From positions 1,723 through 65,722 of the forward strand of contig JBJOHF010000078.1 of assembly GCA_046047855.1 (NCBI GenBank): a DNA stretch of 64,000 nt. The letters run 5' to 3'. Below the pieces are notes generated by a model. It was not told where the DNA came from. It worked only from the letters and a program-made list of their open reading frames with translations, and made no database searches. The position numbers and the translations under genes were made by a program. Shown in pieces: positions 1 through 10,580 of this stretch. Numbering within the stretch: the stretch's first letter is position 1; each line of letters starts with the position of its first letter. Source of the stretch: Pseudomonadota bacterium. Lineage in GTDB: Bacteria; Pseudomonadota; Gammaproteobacteria; Burkholderiales; Burkholderiaceae_A.

Positions 1-25
1 TCACGTGACGTCGATCCAATTGCAT
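1..25 (-). CDS. 5' fragment of a gene coupled to the TPR gene (runs off window; by synteny possibly lolB or ispE)
   Basis: ATG at 25-23 overlaps the TPR stop (TAATG) and reads MQLDRRHV to the window edge; identity is a synteny guess. Confidence 0.3.
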
Positions 26-1047
26 TAAGGCTTTTGGGCGTTCGCCCCATGGCCGACGCGTTGGAGAGTCTCGAGCAGCACGCGATTCTGAGGAGACCGC
101 TGCTGGGCTTCTGCCCATATGCGACGGGCATCTTCAGGCTGCCCTTGGGTCCAGAGTACTTCACCGAGGTGCGCCGCAATTTCAGCATCAGGCAACCGTC
201 GATACGCTTCCCTCAGCCAGCGCAGGGCTTGTTGGGGCTTTTGGAGGCGAAAGTACGCCCAGCCCAGGCTGTCCATGATGTGTGGATCTTGAGGCTCAAG
301 GGCGTGAGCCTTTCGAATCAGACCATAGGCTTCTTCGAGAGACGTTTGCCGATCGACAAGGCTATACCCCAGCGCATTGAGTGCGTGTGCGTGATTCGGA
401 TCCTGTGCGAGCAGCCCACGAAGCAACTGCTCCATTTCAGAGATGAGCCCCCTGCGCTCAAGCAGCATCGCCTTGGCGTACAAAGCGGTGCTGGGCAGCG
501 CAGTCTGGCCATAGACGCGATCGATGATGCGAATACCTTGCTCGGGAATGGGGCCACGTAAGGCGAGTTGTCCGAGGCTCTCATCAAGTGCGGCGCGTTC
601 CTGCGGTGTCTGCGCTGCGGTCATGCGTGTTCTGAGGGAGGCGACCAGTCGATTCTCCTGTCCAAGCAAGAGCTGCAACAGGTCGACCGTCTGCTGGGCA
701 GACCGATTGTTCGGGTCTGCTTGCAGCCAAATCTCAGCGGTCTCGAGCGCTTCCGTAGGAGAACGTACCGCCAATGCAAGCTGAGTCGCACGCTCAGCAA
801 CGCCCGCGTCCTGTGTCTGACGGGCCAGACCTAGATAAGCTCCAGCGGCGAGCAATGGATCTCCCGCCTGCAGGGCGAATTCAGCGGCCAAGATTTGAAA
901 CACAGCGCGCGCCGCATCGCGCGCAGACGCATGCCCACCCCCCTGTGAGGCGGCAGACGCACTCAAAGGACTCATCACAAAGTACAACGCCAGAAGCCCT
1001 TTTAAGAAAAAGGCCAGCACAGTCTGTGGGAGCGCGTTTCGGGGCAT
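25..1047 (-). CDS. Exported tetratricopeptide-repeat protein
   Basis: Signal-like N-terminus; TPR motifs (AHALNALGYSLVDR, IMDSLGWAYFR, EIAAHLGEVLW); start moved to ATG 1047 to avoid overlap with divergent mutM. Confidence 0.85.
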   Translation of the reverse strand: MPRNALPQTVLAFFLKGLLALYFVMSPLSASAASQGGGHASARDAARAVFQILAAEFALQAGDPLLAAGAYLGLARQTQDAGVAERATQLALAVRSPTEALETAEIWLQADPNNRSAQQTVDLLQLLLGQENRLVASLRTRMTAAQTPQERAALDESLGQLALRGPIPEQGIRIIDRVYGQTALPSTALYAKAMLLERRGLISEMEQLLRGLLAQDPNHAHALNALGYSLVDRQTSLEEAYGLIRKAHALEPQDPHIMDSLGWAYFRLQKPQQALRWLREAYRRLPDAEIAAHLGEVLWTQGQPEDARRIWAEAQQRSPQNRVLLETLQRVGHGANAQKP

Positions 1048-1093
1048 GATGGCAACCTTGTTTATCACAGTGTAGTCAAGAACGAGAGTCTGC

Positions 1094-1915
1094 ATGCCGG
1101 AACTGCCTGAAGTAGAAGTGGTTCGCCTGGGATTAGCCCCCATATTGGAAGGCCAACGCCTGTTGAGCACTTGGACGAGCGGAAAGAGCCTTCGTTCATT
1201 CGCCGGCTGTTCGTCTGCATTGCAGGGCCTGCGTGGTCAAGTCGTATCGGCGGTTGGCCGACGATCAAAAATCTTGTTGATTGAATTCGAAACCCACACG
1301 CTGCGTCTTCATTTGGGCATGTCTGGGGTGCTCACACTAGAGTCCAGTCCGGAGGGGGATCGGCTTGCGAAGGACCCGCATGAGCATCTCGCGTTGCAGT
1401 TTGAGCGCCATGTCCTGTGGTTTCGAGATCCACGTCGCTTTGGCGATGTGCAGGTTTGTGCGCCTGGCGCCATATGGCCAGCGAGTGCCCAGGGGGTCGA
1501 GCCTTTGTCTGCCGATTTCGACGATGGGCATCTCTATCAGGCGGCCAAGGGCGTCCGCCAGGCTGTAAAGCCCTGGCTGATGTCAGGTGCAGTTGTTGTT
1601 GGCGTGGGAAATATTTACGCATCTGAGGCTTTATTTCGCTCCGGGATTCACCCCAATCGTCAGGCCGGGCAGGTTTCAGAGCACCGCATGCGAAGCCTCT
1701 CGCAGCACATTCGCGACGTACTCACAGAGGCCATTGAAAAGGGCGGCAGCACACTGCGTGACTTTCGCGGCCACGCTGGGCGCCCGGGTGAATACCGCAA
1801 CGCCCATCAGGTCTACGGACGGCAAGGCACGCCCTGCCCCAAATGCCAAAGACCCATTCGTCGAATGGTGCAGGCTCAGCGCTCTACGTTCTATTGTGGA
1901 AACTGTCAGCGTTAA
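1094..1915 (+). CDS. mutM: Formamidopyrimidine-DNA glycosylase
   Basis: MPELPEVE N-terminus, HLGMSG, GNIYASE, C-terminal zinc finger CPKC...CGNCQ. Confidence 0.97.
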   Translation: MPELPEVEVVRLGLAPILEGQRLLSTWTSGKSLRSFAGCSSALQGLRGQVVSAVGRRSKILLIEFETHTLRLHLGMSGVLTLESSPEGDRLAKDPHEHLALQFERHVLWFRDPRRFGDVQVCAPGAIWPASAQGVEPLSADFDDGHLYQAAKGVRQAVKPWLMSGAVVVGVGNIYASEALFRSGIHPNRQAGQVSEHRMRSLSQHIRDVLTEAIEKGGSTLRDFRGHAGRPGEYRNAHQVYGRQGTPCPKCQRPIRRMVQAQRSTFYCGNCQR

Positions 1916-2912
1916 TCTCGTTCGGACTGCGTCTTTTGCGCAGGCGCTGTTGGGCTGGGCAGCGCAGGACGGCCGTAAGCACCTGCCATGGCAGCCGACC
2001 CCGATGCAGCCCGGTGACCCCTACCGAATATGGGTCTCAGAAATCATGCTCCAGCAGACCCAAGTCAAGACGATGCTGCCCTATTTTGAACGGTTCATGG
2101 CTCGATTTCCCACGGTGGCTGAGCTGGCGAGTGCGGAGGTGGATGAAGTGCTCTCGCACTGGAGTGGCCTGGGTTATTACGCGCGTGCAAGAAACCTTCA
2201 CGGGGCGGCTCAGCAGATCGTTGCGGCAGGCCGGTGGCCTGCTTCGCGCGTCAAATGGGAGGCCTTGCCGGGCGTGGGGCGGTCGACCGCCGCCGCAGTG
2301 GTGTCGATTGCCTGGGGTCACCGCGAGGCCATTCTGGATGGCAATGTCAGGCGTGTGTTGGCTCGTCAGATTCGGGCGCCTCAGCCATGGGCGAGCGCAG
2401 CACTGAGCGCGCAGCTCTGGCCTGTCGCAGAGGCGCTACTGCCTCAGTCAGAACAGGCCATGCCCGCCTACACCCAGGCACTCATGGATCTTGGCGCACT
2501 CGTGTGCCTACCCCGGCGACCCAGGTGTGATGTCTGCCCTGTGAGCCAGACCTGTGAGGCATACAGGCATGATGAAGTCTTGGCTTATCCAGTGCCTGCA
2601 GTCCGGCGGAGTCGCCCCACACGGACCGAGCACTGGGCGTTGGTTGTGGACGACGGTGCTGTTTTGCTAGAAGCACGCCCTCCCCGGGGAGTATGGGGTG
2701 GGCTCTGGACCTTCCCCATCCTTTCGCAGCCGCCGACTGAGGGTGAATGTTGGGGGCATCTCAATCACGCATTCACGCACTTTGAGCTCTTTGCACAGGT
2801 GTGGAAGGTCACGCGCACGGCGCTACAGACCGAGGGGTTCTGGGTCGAGCTCGAGCGCGCGCGCGCAGGGCCTCTGCCATCGCCCGTGCGCAGAGTGCTC
2901 GATGCGCTCTAG
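1896..2912 (+). CDS. mutY: A/G-specific adenine glycosylase
   Basis: WVSEIMLQQTQV, WSGLGYYARARNLH, LPGVGRSTA, 4Fe-4S motif CLPRRPRCDVCPVSQTC; start uncertain (GTG 1896). Confidence 0.95.
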   Translation: METVSVNLVRTASFAQALLGWAAQDGRKHLPWQPTPMQPGDPYRIWVSEIMLQQTQVKTMLPYFERFMARFPTVAELASAEVDEVLSHWSGLGYYARARNLHGAAQQIVAAGRWPASRVKWEALPGVGRSTAAAVVSIAWGHREAILDGNVRRVLARQIRAPQPWASAALSAQLWPVAEALLPQSEQAMPAYTQALMDLGALVCLPRRPRCDVCPVSQTCEAYRHDEVLAYPVPAVRRSRPTRTEHWALVVDDGAVLLEARPPRGVWGGLWTFPILSQPPTEGECWGHLNHAFTHFELFAQVWKVTRTALQTEGFWVELERARAGPLPSPVRRVLDAL

Positions 2913-3805
2913 TCCATGCCTCTGCGCAGCAGACTGCGATGGCGCACGCGGATGGTGCGTTGAGGCAGCAATCGTTGCGCGAGCGACTCTACGCAGTAAA
3001 CCGATCGGTGCTGACCACCCGTGCAGCCGATCGCCACCGTGAGATAACTGCGTTGCTCCTGGGTGTAAGCGGGCATCCATTTTTCGATGAAGCCGTGAAT
3101 GTCAGAGATCATCGCCTCCACGCTGGGCTCTTGCGCGAGAAAGGCTTGAACCTCTGGATCTTTTCCGGTGAGATTGCGCAGCAGCGGGTTGTAGTGCGGA
3201 TTGGGCAGGCAACGCACATCAAAGACCAGGTCGGCATCGAGTGGAACCCCGTCTTTGAATGCAAAAGATTGGAGCAATAGAGTGAGCGTTCCCGTGCCCA
3301 ACGCAATGATTTCGCGCACCCAGGTGCGCAACGCACTGGCCTTGAGCTGGCTGGTGTCGAGCGGAATGCCCAGATGTGCAATGTTGGAGAGCAGCTCTCG
3401 CTCCTCCTCAATGCTTTCGTGAAGGGGCCGATCCTGAGCCTCTTGATCGTGGCTCTGAGCCCGCAGACTGAAAGGATGCCTGCGACGCGTCTCGGAATAG
3501 CGCTGTACAAGCGCCTCTGTATTGGCTGTCAGAAAAAGCACACAGGGCTGAAAGCCCTCGTCCTTTAGCGTTTGCAATGCGGGCTCAAGTCGCTCCACCT
3601 GATGCGGGGTTCGCGCGTCAGTGGCGACAGCAATTTTGTGGTTTCCTTGGCTCTGCAAGAGTCGGACCAGCATCACAAGCAAGTCGACGGGCAGGTTGTC
3701 AACGATTGAAAACCCACTGTCTTCCAGCAGATTGAGGACCACCGACTTGCCAGAGCCCGAGAGCCCTGTAACCAGGACGAGTTTGCAGTGGGCAGCAGTG
3801 CTCAC
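2909..3805 (-). CDS. rapZ: RNase adapter RapZ
   Basis: GLSGSGKS P-loop, [30 protein letters not shown]. Confidence 0.95.
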   Translation of the reverse strand: MSTAAHCKLVLVTGLSGSGKSVVLNLLEDSGFSIVDNLPVDLLVMLVRLLQSQGNHKIAVATDARTPHQVERLEPALQTLKDEGFQPCVLFLTANTEALVQRYSETRRRHPFSLRAQSHDQEAQDRPLHESIEEERELLSNIAHLGIPLDTSQLKASALRTWVREIIALGTGTLTLLLQSFAFKDGVPLDADLVFDVRCLPNPHYNPLLRNLTGKDPEVQAFLAQEPSVEAMISDIHGFIEKWMPAYTQEQRSYLTVAIGCTGGQHRSVYCVESLAQRLLPQRTIRVRHRSLLRRGMD

Positions 3806-4728
3806 GCGCCACCCCCTGACATGGCACGCTGCTGACGCTCCATAAATTCACGCATCGTGTCAACGCCGCGCAGCTGGAGGACGGTGTTTCGCACGGCGGC
3901 TTCGGCGAGCACGGCTAGATTTCGACCGGCCGCTACAGGTATGACGACCTTGCGAATGGGAAGTCCTAACAGGTTCTGGGTCAGTGCCTCAAGTGGGAGT
4001 CGCTCGTATTCGTCAATGGCTGAGCGGCGCACGAGCTGGATGATGAGCCGAAGCCGCATCTTTCTGCGCACACTCGTCTCCCCAAAAATTGCGCGAATAT
4101 CGAGCAGTCCAAGCCCACGCACCTCGAGGAGGTTTTGCAGGAGTGGTGGACATCGTCCCTCAATCGCGTCAGGCGCAATGCGCGCGAATTCAACGACGTC
4201 GTCCGCGACGAGACCATGTCCCCGCGTGATGAGCTCAAGGGCAAGTTCGCTCTTGCCAAGGCCAGATTCTCCTGAGATCAGCACACCCAAACCTAAGACA
4301 TCCATGAAAACGCCGTGTGCAGTCTCCTTGGGTGCAAGGCGCTTGCTCAGCTGAATGCGCAGCAGTTCGATGACGTGGGCAGCGTTGAGGCTGGTTCTCA
4401 GCAACGGAAGTTCGTCGCGGTCACAGGCCTCGAATAGGCTCGAAGGAGGGACGAGTCCGTCCGCGATCAGAATAGCGGGCGGCTTGCCCGTTAGCAGTTC
4501 TGCAGTGAGGTAGCGGCGTCTCTGGGGGTCGAGTCGATTGAAATAATCGACTTCAGCGACACCCATCACTTGAATGCGATTCAGGTGAATGAGGTTGAAG
4601 TGTCCGACAAGGTCGGCACTCTCGAAAGAGGACCCTGAAACATGGCGGCTCCCCCCTTTCAGGCCAGTAACCCAGGTTAGTCTCAACAGCTCCCGATAGG
4701 ACGAAAAGAGCTGTTCGACGTTGAGCAC
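3802..4728 (-). CDS. hprK: HPr kinase/phosphorylase
   Basis: [35 protein letters not shown]. Confidence 0.96.
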   Translation of the reverse strand: MLNVEQLFSSYRELLRLTWVTGLKGGSRHVSGSSFESADLVGHFNLIHLNRIQVMGVAEVDYFNRLDPQRRRYLTAELLTGKPPAILIADGLVPPSSLFEACDRDELPLLRTSLNAAHVIELLRIQLSKRLAPKETAHGVFMDVLGLGVLISGESGLGKSELALELITRGHGLVADDVVEFARIAPDAIEGRCPPLLQNLLEVRGLGLLDIRAIFGETSVRRKMRLRLIIQLVRRSAIDEYERLPLEALTQNLLGLPIRKVVIPVAAGRNLAVLAEAAVRNTVLQLRGVDTMREFMERQQRAMSGGGA

Positions 4729-4736
4729 GCGAGATC

Positions 4737-5201
4737 CTAGGCGCTTGCAGGCTGCCAGGTGGCAATGACCTGATGCAGGCTGGCTGAGTCTTGTGCGGTG
4801 AAAAGTGCTGTGCGCAGCTGTGTGTCTGAGAGCATTTCTGCGACCTCAGAGAGCAGCTCTAAATGATGCTGAGTGGCTTGCTCCGGAACCAAGAGGAAGA
4901 TCAAGACCGACACAGGCTTGCCGTCAGGCGCATCGAATGAAACCGGCTCGGCGAGGCGCACGACACCAGCGACGGCCTCTTCCAGCCCCTTGATTCTGCC
5001 GTGCGGAATAGCAATGCCATCACCGAGGCCCGTCGATCCAAGCCGTTCCCTCGCGAATAGCGAGTCGAAGACCTTGGCTCGAGCAATACCACGCTGCTCT
5101 TCAAACATCAGGCCCGCATGCTCAAAGACGCGCTTTTTGCTGGATGCGTCCACACCCAAAAGGATGCTCTTTGGCTCCAGCAGTTCAGAAATTCGATTCA
5201 T
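4737..5201 (-). CDS. ptsN: PTS IIA-Ntr nitrogen regulatory protein
   Basis: [17 protein letters not shown] phospho-His motif; rpoN operon context. Confidence 0.95.
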   Translation of the reverse strand: MNRISELLEPKSILLGVDASSKKRVFEHAGLMFEEQRGIARAKVFDSLFARERLGSTGLGDGIAIPHGRIKGLEEAVAGVVRLAEPVSFDAPDGKPVSVLIFLLVPEQATQHHLELLSEVAEMLSDTQLRTALFTAQDSASLHQVIATWQPASA

Positions 5202-5252
5202 CAAGCCCACTCCTACGGCTGTTTTTGACAGGCCGGTGACACGATGGCTCGC

Positions 5253-5258
5253 ATTATA
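5253..5258 (-). promoter_or_regulatory. Putative sigma70 -10 (TATAAT) for ptsN-hprK-rapZ
   Basis: Perfect TATAAT on minus strand ~50 nt upstream of ptsN, next to the hairpin AGGGGGC-TAAA-GCCCCCT (5258-5275). Confidence 0.5.
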
Positions 5259-5297
5259 GGGGGCTAAAGCCCCCTTGTGCAGCGCAAAATTTATCGC

Positions 5298-5621
5298 TCA
5301 TTCCGAGATCGTCGGAATGGTCTTTCCGTCGTGTACGGAGGCCTGATGCTGCTCCTTATAGCGAACGACCTGACGGTCGATCTTGTCGGCGAGGAGGTCA
5401 ATTGCTGCATAGAGGTCTGCATGCTTTGCTTCTGCATGCAGGTCTTTTCCCTGAAAGTGAACAGTTACTTCGGCGCGCTGCTCGTGCTTTTCAACACTCA
5501 GCATGACATGCGCTTCCAGGCCCTGGGCAAAGTGACGCCAGGCGCGGCTGAGTTTCTGCTCCACGTAGTCACGAATCGCTTCCGTCACGGGCAGATGATG
5601 TCCAGTAATGCTGACTTTCAT
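5298..5621 (-). CDS. hpf: Ribosome hibernation promoting factor (HPF/RaiA)
   Basis: MKVSITGHHLPVTEAIRDYV...DLYAAIDLLADKIDRQ; AGGAG SD; follows rpoN. Confidence 0.95.
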   Translation of the reverse strand: MKVSITGHHLPVTEAIRDYVEQKLSRAWRHFAQGLEAHVMLSVEKHEQRAEVTVHFQGKDLHAEAKHADLYAAIDLLADKIDRQVVRYKEQHQASVHDGKTIPTISE

Positions 5622-5634
5622 GGTTGCTCCTCCT

Positions 5635-7158
5635 CTAGGTTTGTTTTCTAAGGCTAGCACTTGGAATCCGCAGACTCTCCCGATACTTGGCAACGGTGCG
5701 ACGCGCAACGACGATGCCTGACTCCGCAAAGCGATCTGCAATCGCCTGATCCGAGAGTGGTTTGGCGCTGGATTCTTGTCGAATCCACTCCCCGATCTGG
5801 GCTTTGAGCGCCGTGGCCGAGGCAGCACCACCGTCATCGGTTCCCACATGACTGGAAAAAAAGAACTTCAATTCAAAGCACCCCAGGGGTGTGAGCATGA
5901 ATTTCTGAGTGGTTACTCGAGAGACGGTTGACTCGTGGAGCTCACAGGACTCAGCGATGTCCTTGAGGATCATCGGCTTCATCGCCTTTGGGCCGAGGTG
6001 AAAAAAAGGCTGCTGTGCGGCCACAATGGCTTGCGAGACTCGCAGAATCGTATCGCTTCGCTGCTCAATGTTTTTCACCATCCAGCGGGCCTCTTGGAGC
6101 TTCTGTGCAAGGCTGCTGTCGCCAGAGTGGTCTCGGATAAGCCGGGCATAAAGTGGGTTGATCTGCAGCTTTGGGAGTGCCTGTGTAGAGAGCCTCGCCA
6201 CCCATCGGCCGCTGCGATCCTTTTGAACCGTCACATCCGGAATGACGGTGGCAACCTCCTTCCTGTCGAATAGGGAGGCGGGCTTGGGCCGGAGCTGACG
6301 TATGAGGAGCAGTGCGTCTTGTATGAGGCCTCTGTCCAGGCCACAGGATTTAGCCAGACTTGCAACAGGCTGCTGTCCAAGTGACTCGAGGTGAAACTCG
6401 ACCAATCGCTTTGCAGCCTCAAGCACATCTCGATCGCAGTTCTGACTCTGAGGCCGCTGCAGTTGCAGCAAAAGGCACTCCTGTAGGCTGGTCGCTCCAA
6501 CCCCTACCGGATCAAAAGACTGAAGGAGCCGCAGACCGAGACGCATCTCGTCTTCATCAAGTGGCTCATCAAAATGCTGCTCAAAGAGGGATTGAAACGG
6601 TTCGGCAATCTCCTCAAGGGGGTCGCGAAGATAGCCATCCTCGTCGAGCGCATTGATGAGAATCTCAAGCCAAGCCCGATCGCGAGCCGAGAGCGTCAGG
6701 CCCAGTGCCTGACTGCGCAGGTGGTCGCCGAGGCTCTCATCTATCGCGTCTTGGCTCTCGGGTGCGTCGTCCTCTGCGCCGAGTCCACTGACCTTCCAGT
6801 CGGCGAGGGAGTCTGGGTCCTCCCATTCGGGTGGTCCATCGACCTCGACCGCCTGTTCAGCAGAGAACTCCTCGCGTTGAAGCTCTGAACTCTCAAGTCG
6901 CTCTTCTCGAGCGGGCTCTGGGAGGTCCTCCTCCCAGTCTCTCTCGGGCGACGTTTCAGGCTCGGCCTGGAGGGGCTCAGCAGAAATCTCCGCATCATCT
7001 TCATAGTCCTCCAGTTCAAGAAGCGGGTTCTCTTCAATGAAGTTCTGCAGCTCCTGGCGCAGCTCTAGGTTGGAGAGCGCCAAGAGTCGAATAGCCTGTT
7101 GGAGCTGGGGCGTGAGCGCGAGCTGCTGGCTAGTCCGAGTGGAGAGCGTGATCTTCAT
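5635..7158 (-). CDS. rpoN: RNA polymerase sigma-54 factor
   Basis: LTPQLQQAIRLL region I, HESTVSR, RpoN box ARRTVAKYRE. Confidence 0.97.
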   Translation of the reverse strand: MKITLSTRTSQQLALTPQLQQAIRLLALSNLELRQELQNFIEENPLLELEDYEDDAEISAEPLQAEPETSPERDWEEDLPEPAREERLESSELQREEFSAEQAVEVDGPPEWEDPDSLADWKVSGLGAEDDAPESQDAIDESLGDHLRSQALGLTLSARDRAWLEILINALDEDGYLRDPLEEIAEPFQSLFEQHFDEPLDEDEMRLGLRLLQSFDPVGVGATSLQECLLLQLQRPQSQNCDRDVLEAAKRLVEFHLESLGQQPVASLAKSCGLDRGLIQDALLLIRQLRPKPASLFDRKEVATVIPDVTVQKDRSGRWVARLSTQALPKLQINPLYARLIRDHSGDSSLAQKLQEARWMVKNIEQRSDTILRVSQAIVAAQQPFFHLGPKAMKPMILKDIAESCELHESTVSRVTTQKFMLTPLGCFELKFFFSSHVGTDDGGAASATALKAQIGEWIRQESSAKPLSDQAIADRFAESGIVVARRTVAKYRESLRIPSASLRKQT

Positions 7159-7160
7159 GG

Positions 7161-7898
7161 CTAGAGGGTGAAGTGCGCTCCAAGGTAAACCTCGCGGACA
7201 CGACCATCTTGCACAATCTCGAGCGGCTTACCCTCGGCAAGCACGCCGCCATTGTGAATGATGGTGGCGTGGTCACAGATATCAAGGGTTTCTCGGACAT
7301 TGTGGTCCGTGATGAGAACGCCAATACCCTTGTCTTTGAGGAAGCGAATGATGCGCTGGATCTCGATCACCGCAATCGGATCAACACCAGCGAAAGGTTC
7401 ATCCAGGAGAATAAATTTCGGATTGTTGGCCAGGGCCCGCGCGATCTCGACACGTCGACGCTCGCCGCCGGATAGGGATTGGCCGAGCTGTTGAGCAATC
7501 TCCGTAATCTGGAGCTCTTCGAGCAAGCGGTCCAGCTGGCGTGCAATCTCCGTCTTGGAGAGCTTTCGCCCGCTGGAGTCAACCTGAAGCTCGAGCACGG
7601 CACGGATATTGTCCGCGACAGACAGGCGTCGAAAGACGGATGCCTCTTGTGGCAGGTAAGAGAGCCCTTTGCGGGCGCGCCGATGGATGGGCTCGTGGCT
7701 GATGTCCTGCTGGTCAAGCCAGATGCGGCCAGCATCTGGGGGTATGAGTCCCACCAGCATATAAAAGCAGGTCGTCTTTCCTGCGCCATTCGGCCCCAAC
7801 AGCCCGGCCACCTCGCCGGTTTTCAACTGCATTGAGACACTTCGGACAACGGGGCGCCCCTGATAGGCCTTCTGAAGTCCTTCAGCCCTCAGCTGCAT
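7161..7898 (-). CDS. lptB: LPS export ABC ATPase
   Basis: [35 protein letters not shown]. Confidence 0.97.
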   Translation of the reverse strand: MQLRAEGLQKAYQGRPVVRSVSMQLKTGEVAGLLGPNGAGKTTCFYMLVGLIPPDAGRIWLDQQDISHEPIHRRARKGLSYLPQEASVFRRLSVADNIRAVLELQVDSSGRKLSKTEIARQLDRLLEELQITEIAQQLGQSLSGGERRRVEIARALANNPKFILLDEPFAGVDPIAVIEIQRIIRFLKDKGIGVLITDHNVRETLDICDHATIIHNGGVLAEGKPLEIVQDGRVREVYLGAHFTL

Positions 7899-8413
7899 TA
7901 GGGCTTCGCCCCCCTGGGCATGAGGGTCATCTGTGCCCGACCTTGGCCCGGAGTGGTCTTCACCGCATAGGTCTCTGTCGGCATGTTGTAAGTGACCTGA
8001 TCGCCAATCACTTCGTCGAGGGTGCGCTCGCCTTGGATTCGGCGCAGTTGGGCTGAGCCAAGAAGTACAACAATCTCTGACTTCGAATCGTATTCGAGTC
8101 GCCCAGAGGCGCCTTGAATACGGTCTGAGGAACCCATGCGTTGTTGCGTGAACTGGGCTGGCCGCCCGATCAGTGTCGCGAGACTGGAGCCGTCAGGCCT
8201 CTGCGTGAGTTCAAGCCGATCACCGCGCAGCACGAGCCCATCCCGAGTGAGGCTGACATTGCCGGAGAAAATAGTGACCTGCCGCTGGTCGTCATGCTGG
8301 AGCTGATCCGACTGGATGCGAGTTGCTGCTTGGCCTGGGGGCTGCCCTTGAGCCAAGCTGAGACCGGGTAGAAATACGGCGAACAAAGCCAGAAACCCCC
8401 ACCTTAGCCTCAT
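7898..8413 (-). CDS. lptA: LPS transport periplasmic protein
   Basis: Signal peptide, OstA-like FSGNV motif; between lptC and lptB. Confidence 0.9.
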   Translation of the reverse strand: MRLRWGFLALFAVFLPGLSLAQGQPPGQAATRIQSDQLQHDDQRQVTIFSGNVSLTRDGLVLRGDRLELTQRPDGSSLATLIGRPAQFTQQRMGSSDRIQGASGRLEYDSKSEIVVLLGSAQLRRIQGERTLDEVIGDQVTYNMPTETYAVKTTPGQGRAQMTLMPRGAKP

Positions 8414-9015
8414 GGGATCATCTCCACTTGTGCCTGAGCAAGCACCCGATATTGGCCGGTTCTAAGGTCAAGTTCGAGGCCTTGGCCCGTGAGTACTCGT
8501 CCCCGTTGGGCAATGCGCACGGCGCCGGAGGCCCGCGCCCTTTCTTGGTTCGCAAAGACGAGGAGCTCAGGCGTCTGAAGTTCCAGTCGATCCGCCGGAG
8601 AGGCTGTTTTGATCTGTTGAGCCATCACGCCCTCAGACATCCATACCTCATCATGATTCGCTGAAAGGGCCCCCATGCCGGAGCGTATTTCGGTGAGACC
8701 CACACCTTGGACCTCGCGCAAAAAAATAGGATTCGTCAGCGTGATGCGGCCGTCTTGAAGCTGCTCACCGGCAACTGCTTTGATGGTGTACAGAGCGGAG
8801 CCCGCCTTGTCGGATTGTCTGAATTGAACTCCGCGCAAAGCGGCTTTAGGCGTGTCTGGAGCGCTGATAGAGGCGTCTGGGGATCGAACACTCGACAACT
8901 CCGCCAAGACCCAAGCAATGCCAGTCAACGCAATGAGTAGGAGCAGCGATAGGCCTCCGCCAATTCGGTCGGCCATGAGGCGGTTCAAGAACGGGCTCCA
9001 AGAATAAGGTCGCAC
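8410..9015 (-). CDS. lptC: LPS export protein LptC
   Basis: Single N-terminal TM plus beta-rich domain; synteny; start uncertain. Confidence 0.8.
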   Translation of the reverse strand: MRPYSWSPFLNRLMADRIGGGLSLLLLIALTGIAWVLAELSSVRSPDASISAPDTPKAALRGVQFRQSDKAGSALYTIKAVAGEQLQDGRITLTNPIFLREVQGVGLTEIRSGMGALSANHDEVWMSEGVMAQQIKTASPADRLELQTPELLVFANQERARASGAVRIAQRGRVLTGQGLELDLRTGQYRVLAQAQVEMIP

Positions 9016-9497
9016 ACCTCACGCACGGCCCCGTTGCCTCCGGGCTGAACGGTGATCCAGTCTGCTGCATCTCGAACTTGCGCAATGGCCCCGGGAACGG
9101 AGAAGGCCATCCCCACTGCCTGCATCAGAGGGAGATCGGGCAGGTCATCGCCCATGTGTGCACAGTCTTGCTCCGATAGGGAGCTGGCTTCGAGCCATGA
9201 CCTGAAGGCGTCGAGCTTGTCCTCTCGGCCAATAATGACCGGTGACATCCCCAGCTCTTGCGCGCGCGCCAAGATTGCTGGGTGGCTCCGCCCAGAGATG
9301 ATGCCGACACCAATCCCAGCCTTCATAAGGCGCTTGATACCGGCTCCATCAAGCACGTGAAATCGCTTGAGACTCTCGCCCTGCGCATCGTAGTAAAGAC
9401 CCCCATCGGTCATCACGCCATCAACGTCGAGGAAAAGGTGCCGAATGGCTCGAAGCCGTTGGTCGAATGCTTGAGTGTGCGTGGAGGTTGGGTTCAT
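8985..9497 (-). CDS. kdsC: KDO 8-phosphate phosphatase
   Basis: HAD DVDGVMTDG, GDDLPD, GGNGAVRE. Confidence 0.95.
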   Translation of the reverse strand: MNPTSTHTQAFDQRLRAIRHLFLDVDGVMTDGGLYYDAQGESLKRFHVLDGAGIKRLMKAGIGVGIISGRSHPAILARAQELGMSPVIIGREDKLDAFRSWLEASSLSEQDCAHMGDDLPDLPLMQAVGMAFSVPGAIAQVRDAADWITVQPGGNGAVREVCDLILGARS

Positions 9498-10483
9498 ATC
9501 ACCTTGGCCTCGAGTAGGTCGTGAAGTCCGATGGCGCCAACCACCCGCTGACCTTGTGTCACGACAGGCAGATGATTCAATCGATGGGCGTCCATGACAT
9601 GAGCAGCCTCACTCGCAAGAACTTCAGGAGAGATGGTGCGTGGACTGGGTGTCATGACGGACTGAACGGGAATCTGCTCATGTAAACCGCCCCGCTGGAG
9701 TGCGCGCCTGAGGTCGCCATCCGTAAAGATGCCGACAAGCGTCTCGCCGGACGCGACAAGCGTCATTCCCATGCGTTTCTGACTCATCTCGAGAAGCGCC
9801 GCTCCAAGCGTTGCCTCCTGCTGAACCACTGGAAGCGCGGACTCGGTGCGCATGATGTCACCGACATGAATCAAAAGTCGCCGTCCAAGTGCCCCGCCAG
9901 GATGCGAGCGTGCGAAATCCTCGGGCCCGAAACCGCGTCTCTCAAGCGTTGCAATTGCGAGCGCATCGCCCATTGCGAGGGTGGCGGTGGTGCTTGCTGT
10001 TGGCGCGAGGTTGTGTGGGCAAGCCTCCTCGGGAACTGCTACACAGAGATGGAGGTCCGCGAGCTTTGCAAGGCTGGATTGGGGCTTGCCCGTAAGCGCG
10101 ATGAGCAGGGCACCGATACGTTTGACGTGGGGTGCAATTGCGCAGAGTTCATCTGTCTCTCCTGAATAGGAGATGGCCAACACGACGTCCTCTGGCTGAA
10201 TCATGCCCAGGTCACCATGCTGCGCCTCGGCTGGGTGAACAAAGTACGCAGGGGTTCCAGTAGATGCAAAGGTGGCTGCCAGCTTGCGCGCGATATGGCC
10301 GCTCTTGCCCATACCGCTCACGACAAGCCGCCCAGTCATGGACAGGATCGCGTCGACGGCAGCAGTCGCCTCAGGCCCGATCTGGGTTTTCAGGTTCAAG
10401 ATGGCGTCTGCTTCGATCTGCAGGACGCGAGCGATGCGGTCTGGAACCGTTAACACAGCGGACATCTCTGACGGGTTCGTCAT
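9494..10483 (-). CDS. kdsD: Arabinose-5-phosphate isomerase (KpsF/GutQ)
   Basis: GMGKSGHI, HGDLG, APTASTT, HPGGALG, CBS pair. Confidence 0.95.
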   Translation of the reverse strand: MTNPSEMSAVLTVPDRIARVLQIEADAILNLKTQIGPEATAAVDAILSMTGRLVVSGMGKSGHIARKLAATFASTGTPAYFVHPAEAQHGDLGMIQPEDVVLAISYSGETDELCAIAPHVKRIGALLIALTGKPQSSLAKLADLHLCVAVPEEACPHNLAPTASTTATLAMGDALAIATLERRGFGPEDFARSHPGGALGRRLLIHVGDIMRTESALPVVQQEATLGAALLEMSQKRMGMTLVASGETLVGIFTDGDLRRALQRGGLHEQIPVQSVMTPSPRTISPEVLASEAAHVMDAHRLNHLPVVTQGQRVVGAIGLHDLLEAKVI

Positions 10484-10580
10484 GCGGGTTGGGCTCGAAG
10501 TGGCGTAAGCAAAAGTAAGACCAGTTTAATAGAAGAGCAAGAGAAGCTGCGCTCTCACACGCAGGAGATACACTCTTTTC

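Noticed and set aside
1587-1895. Long N-terminal extensions in the ORF track (mutY; also hpf, hisA, mlaB, bioF, cpaB)
   Set aside because: They overlap upstream genes; family homology begins at downstream starts
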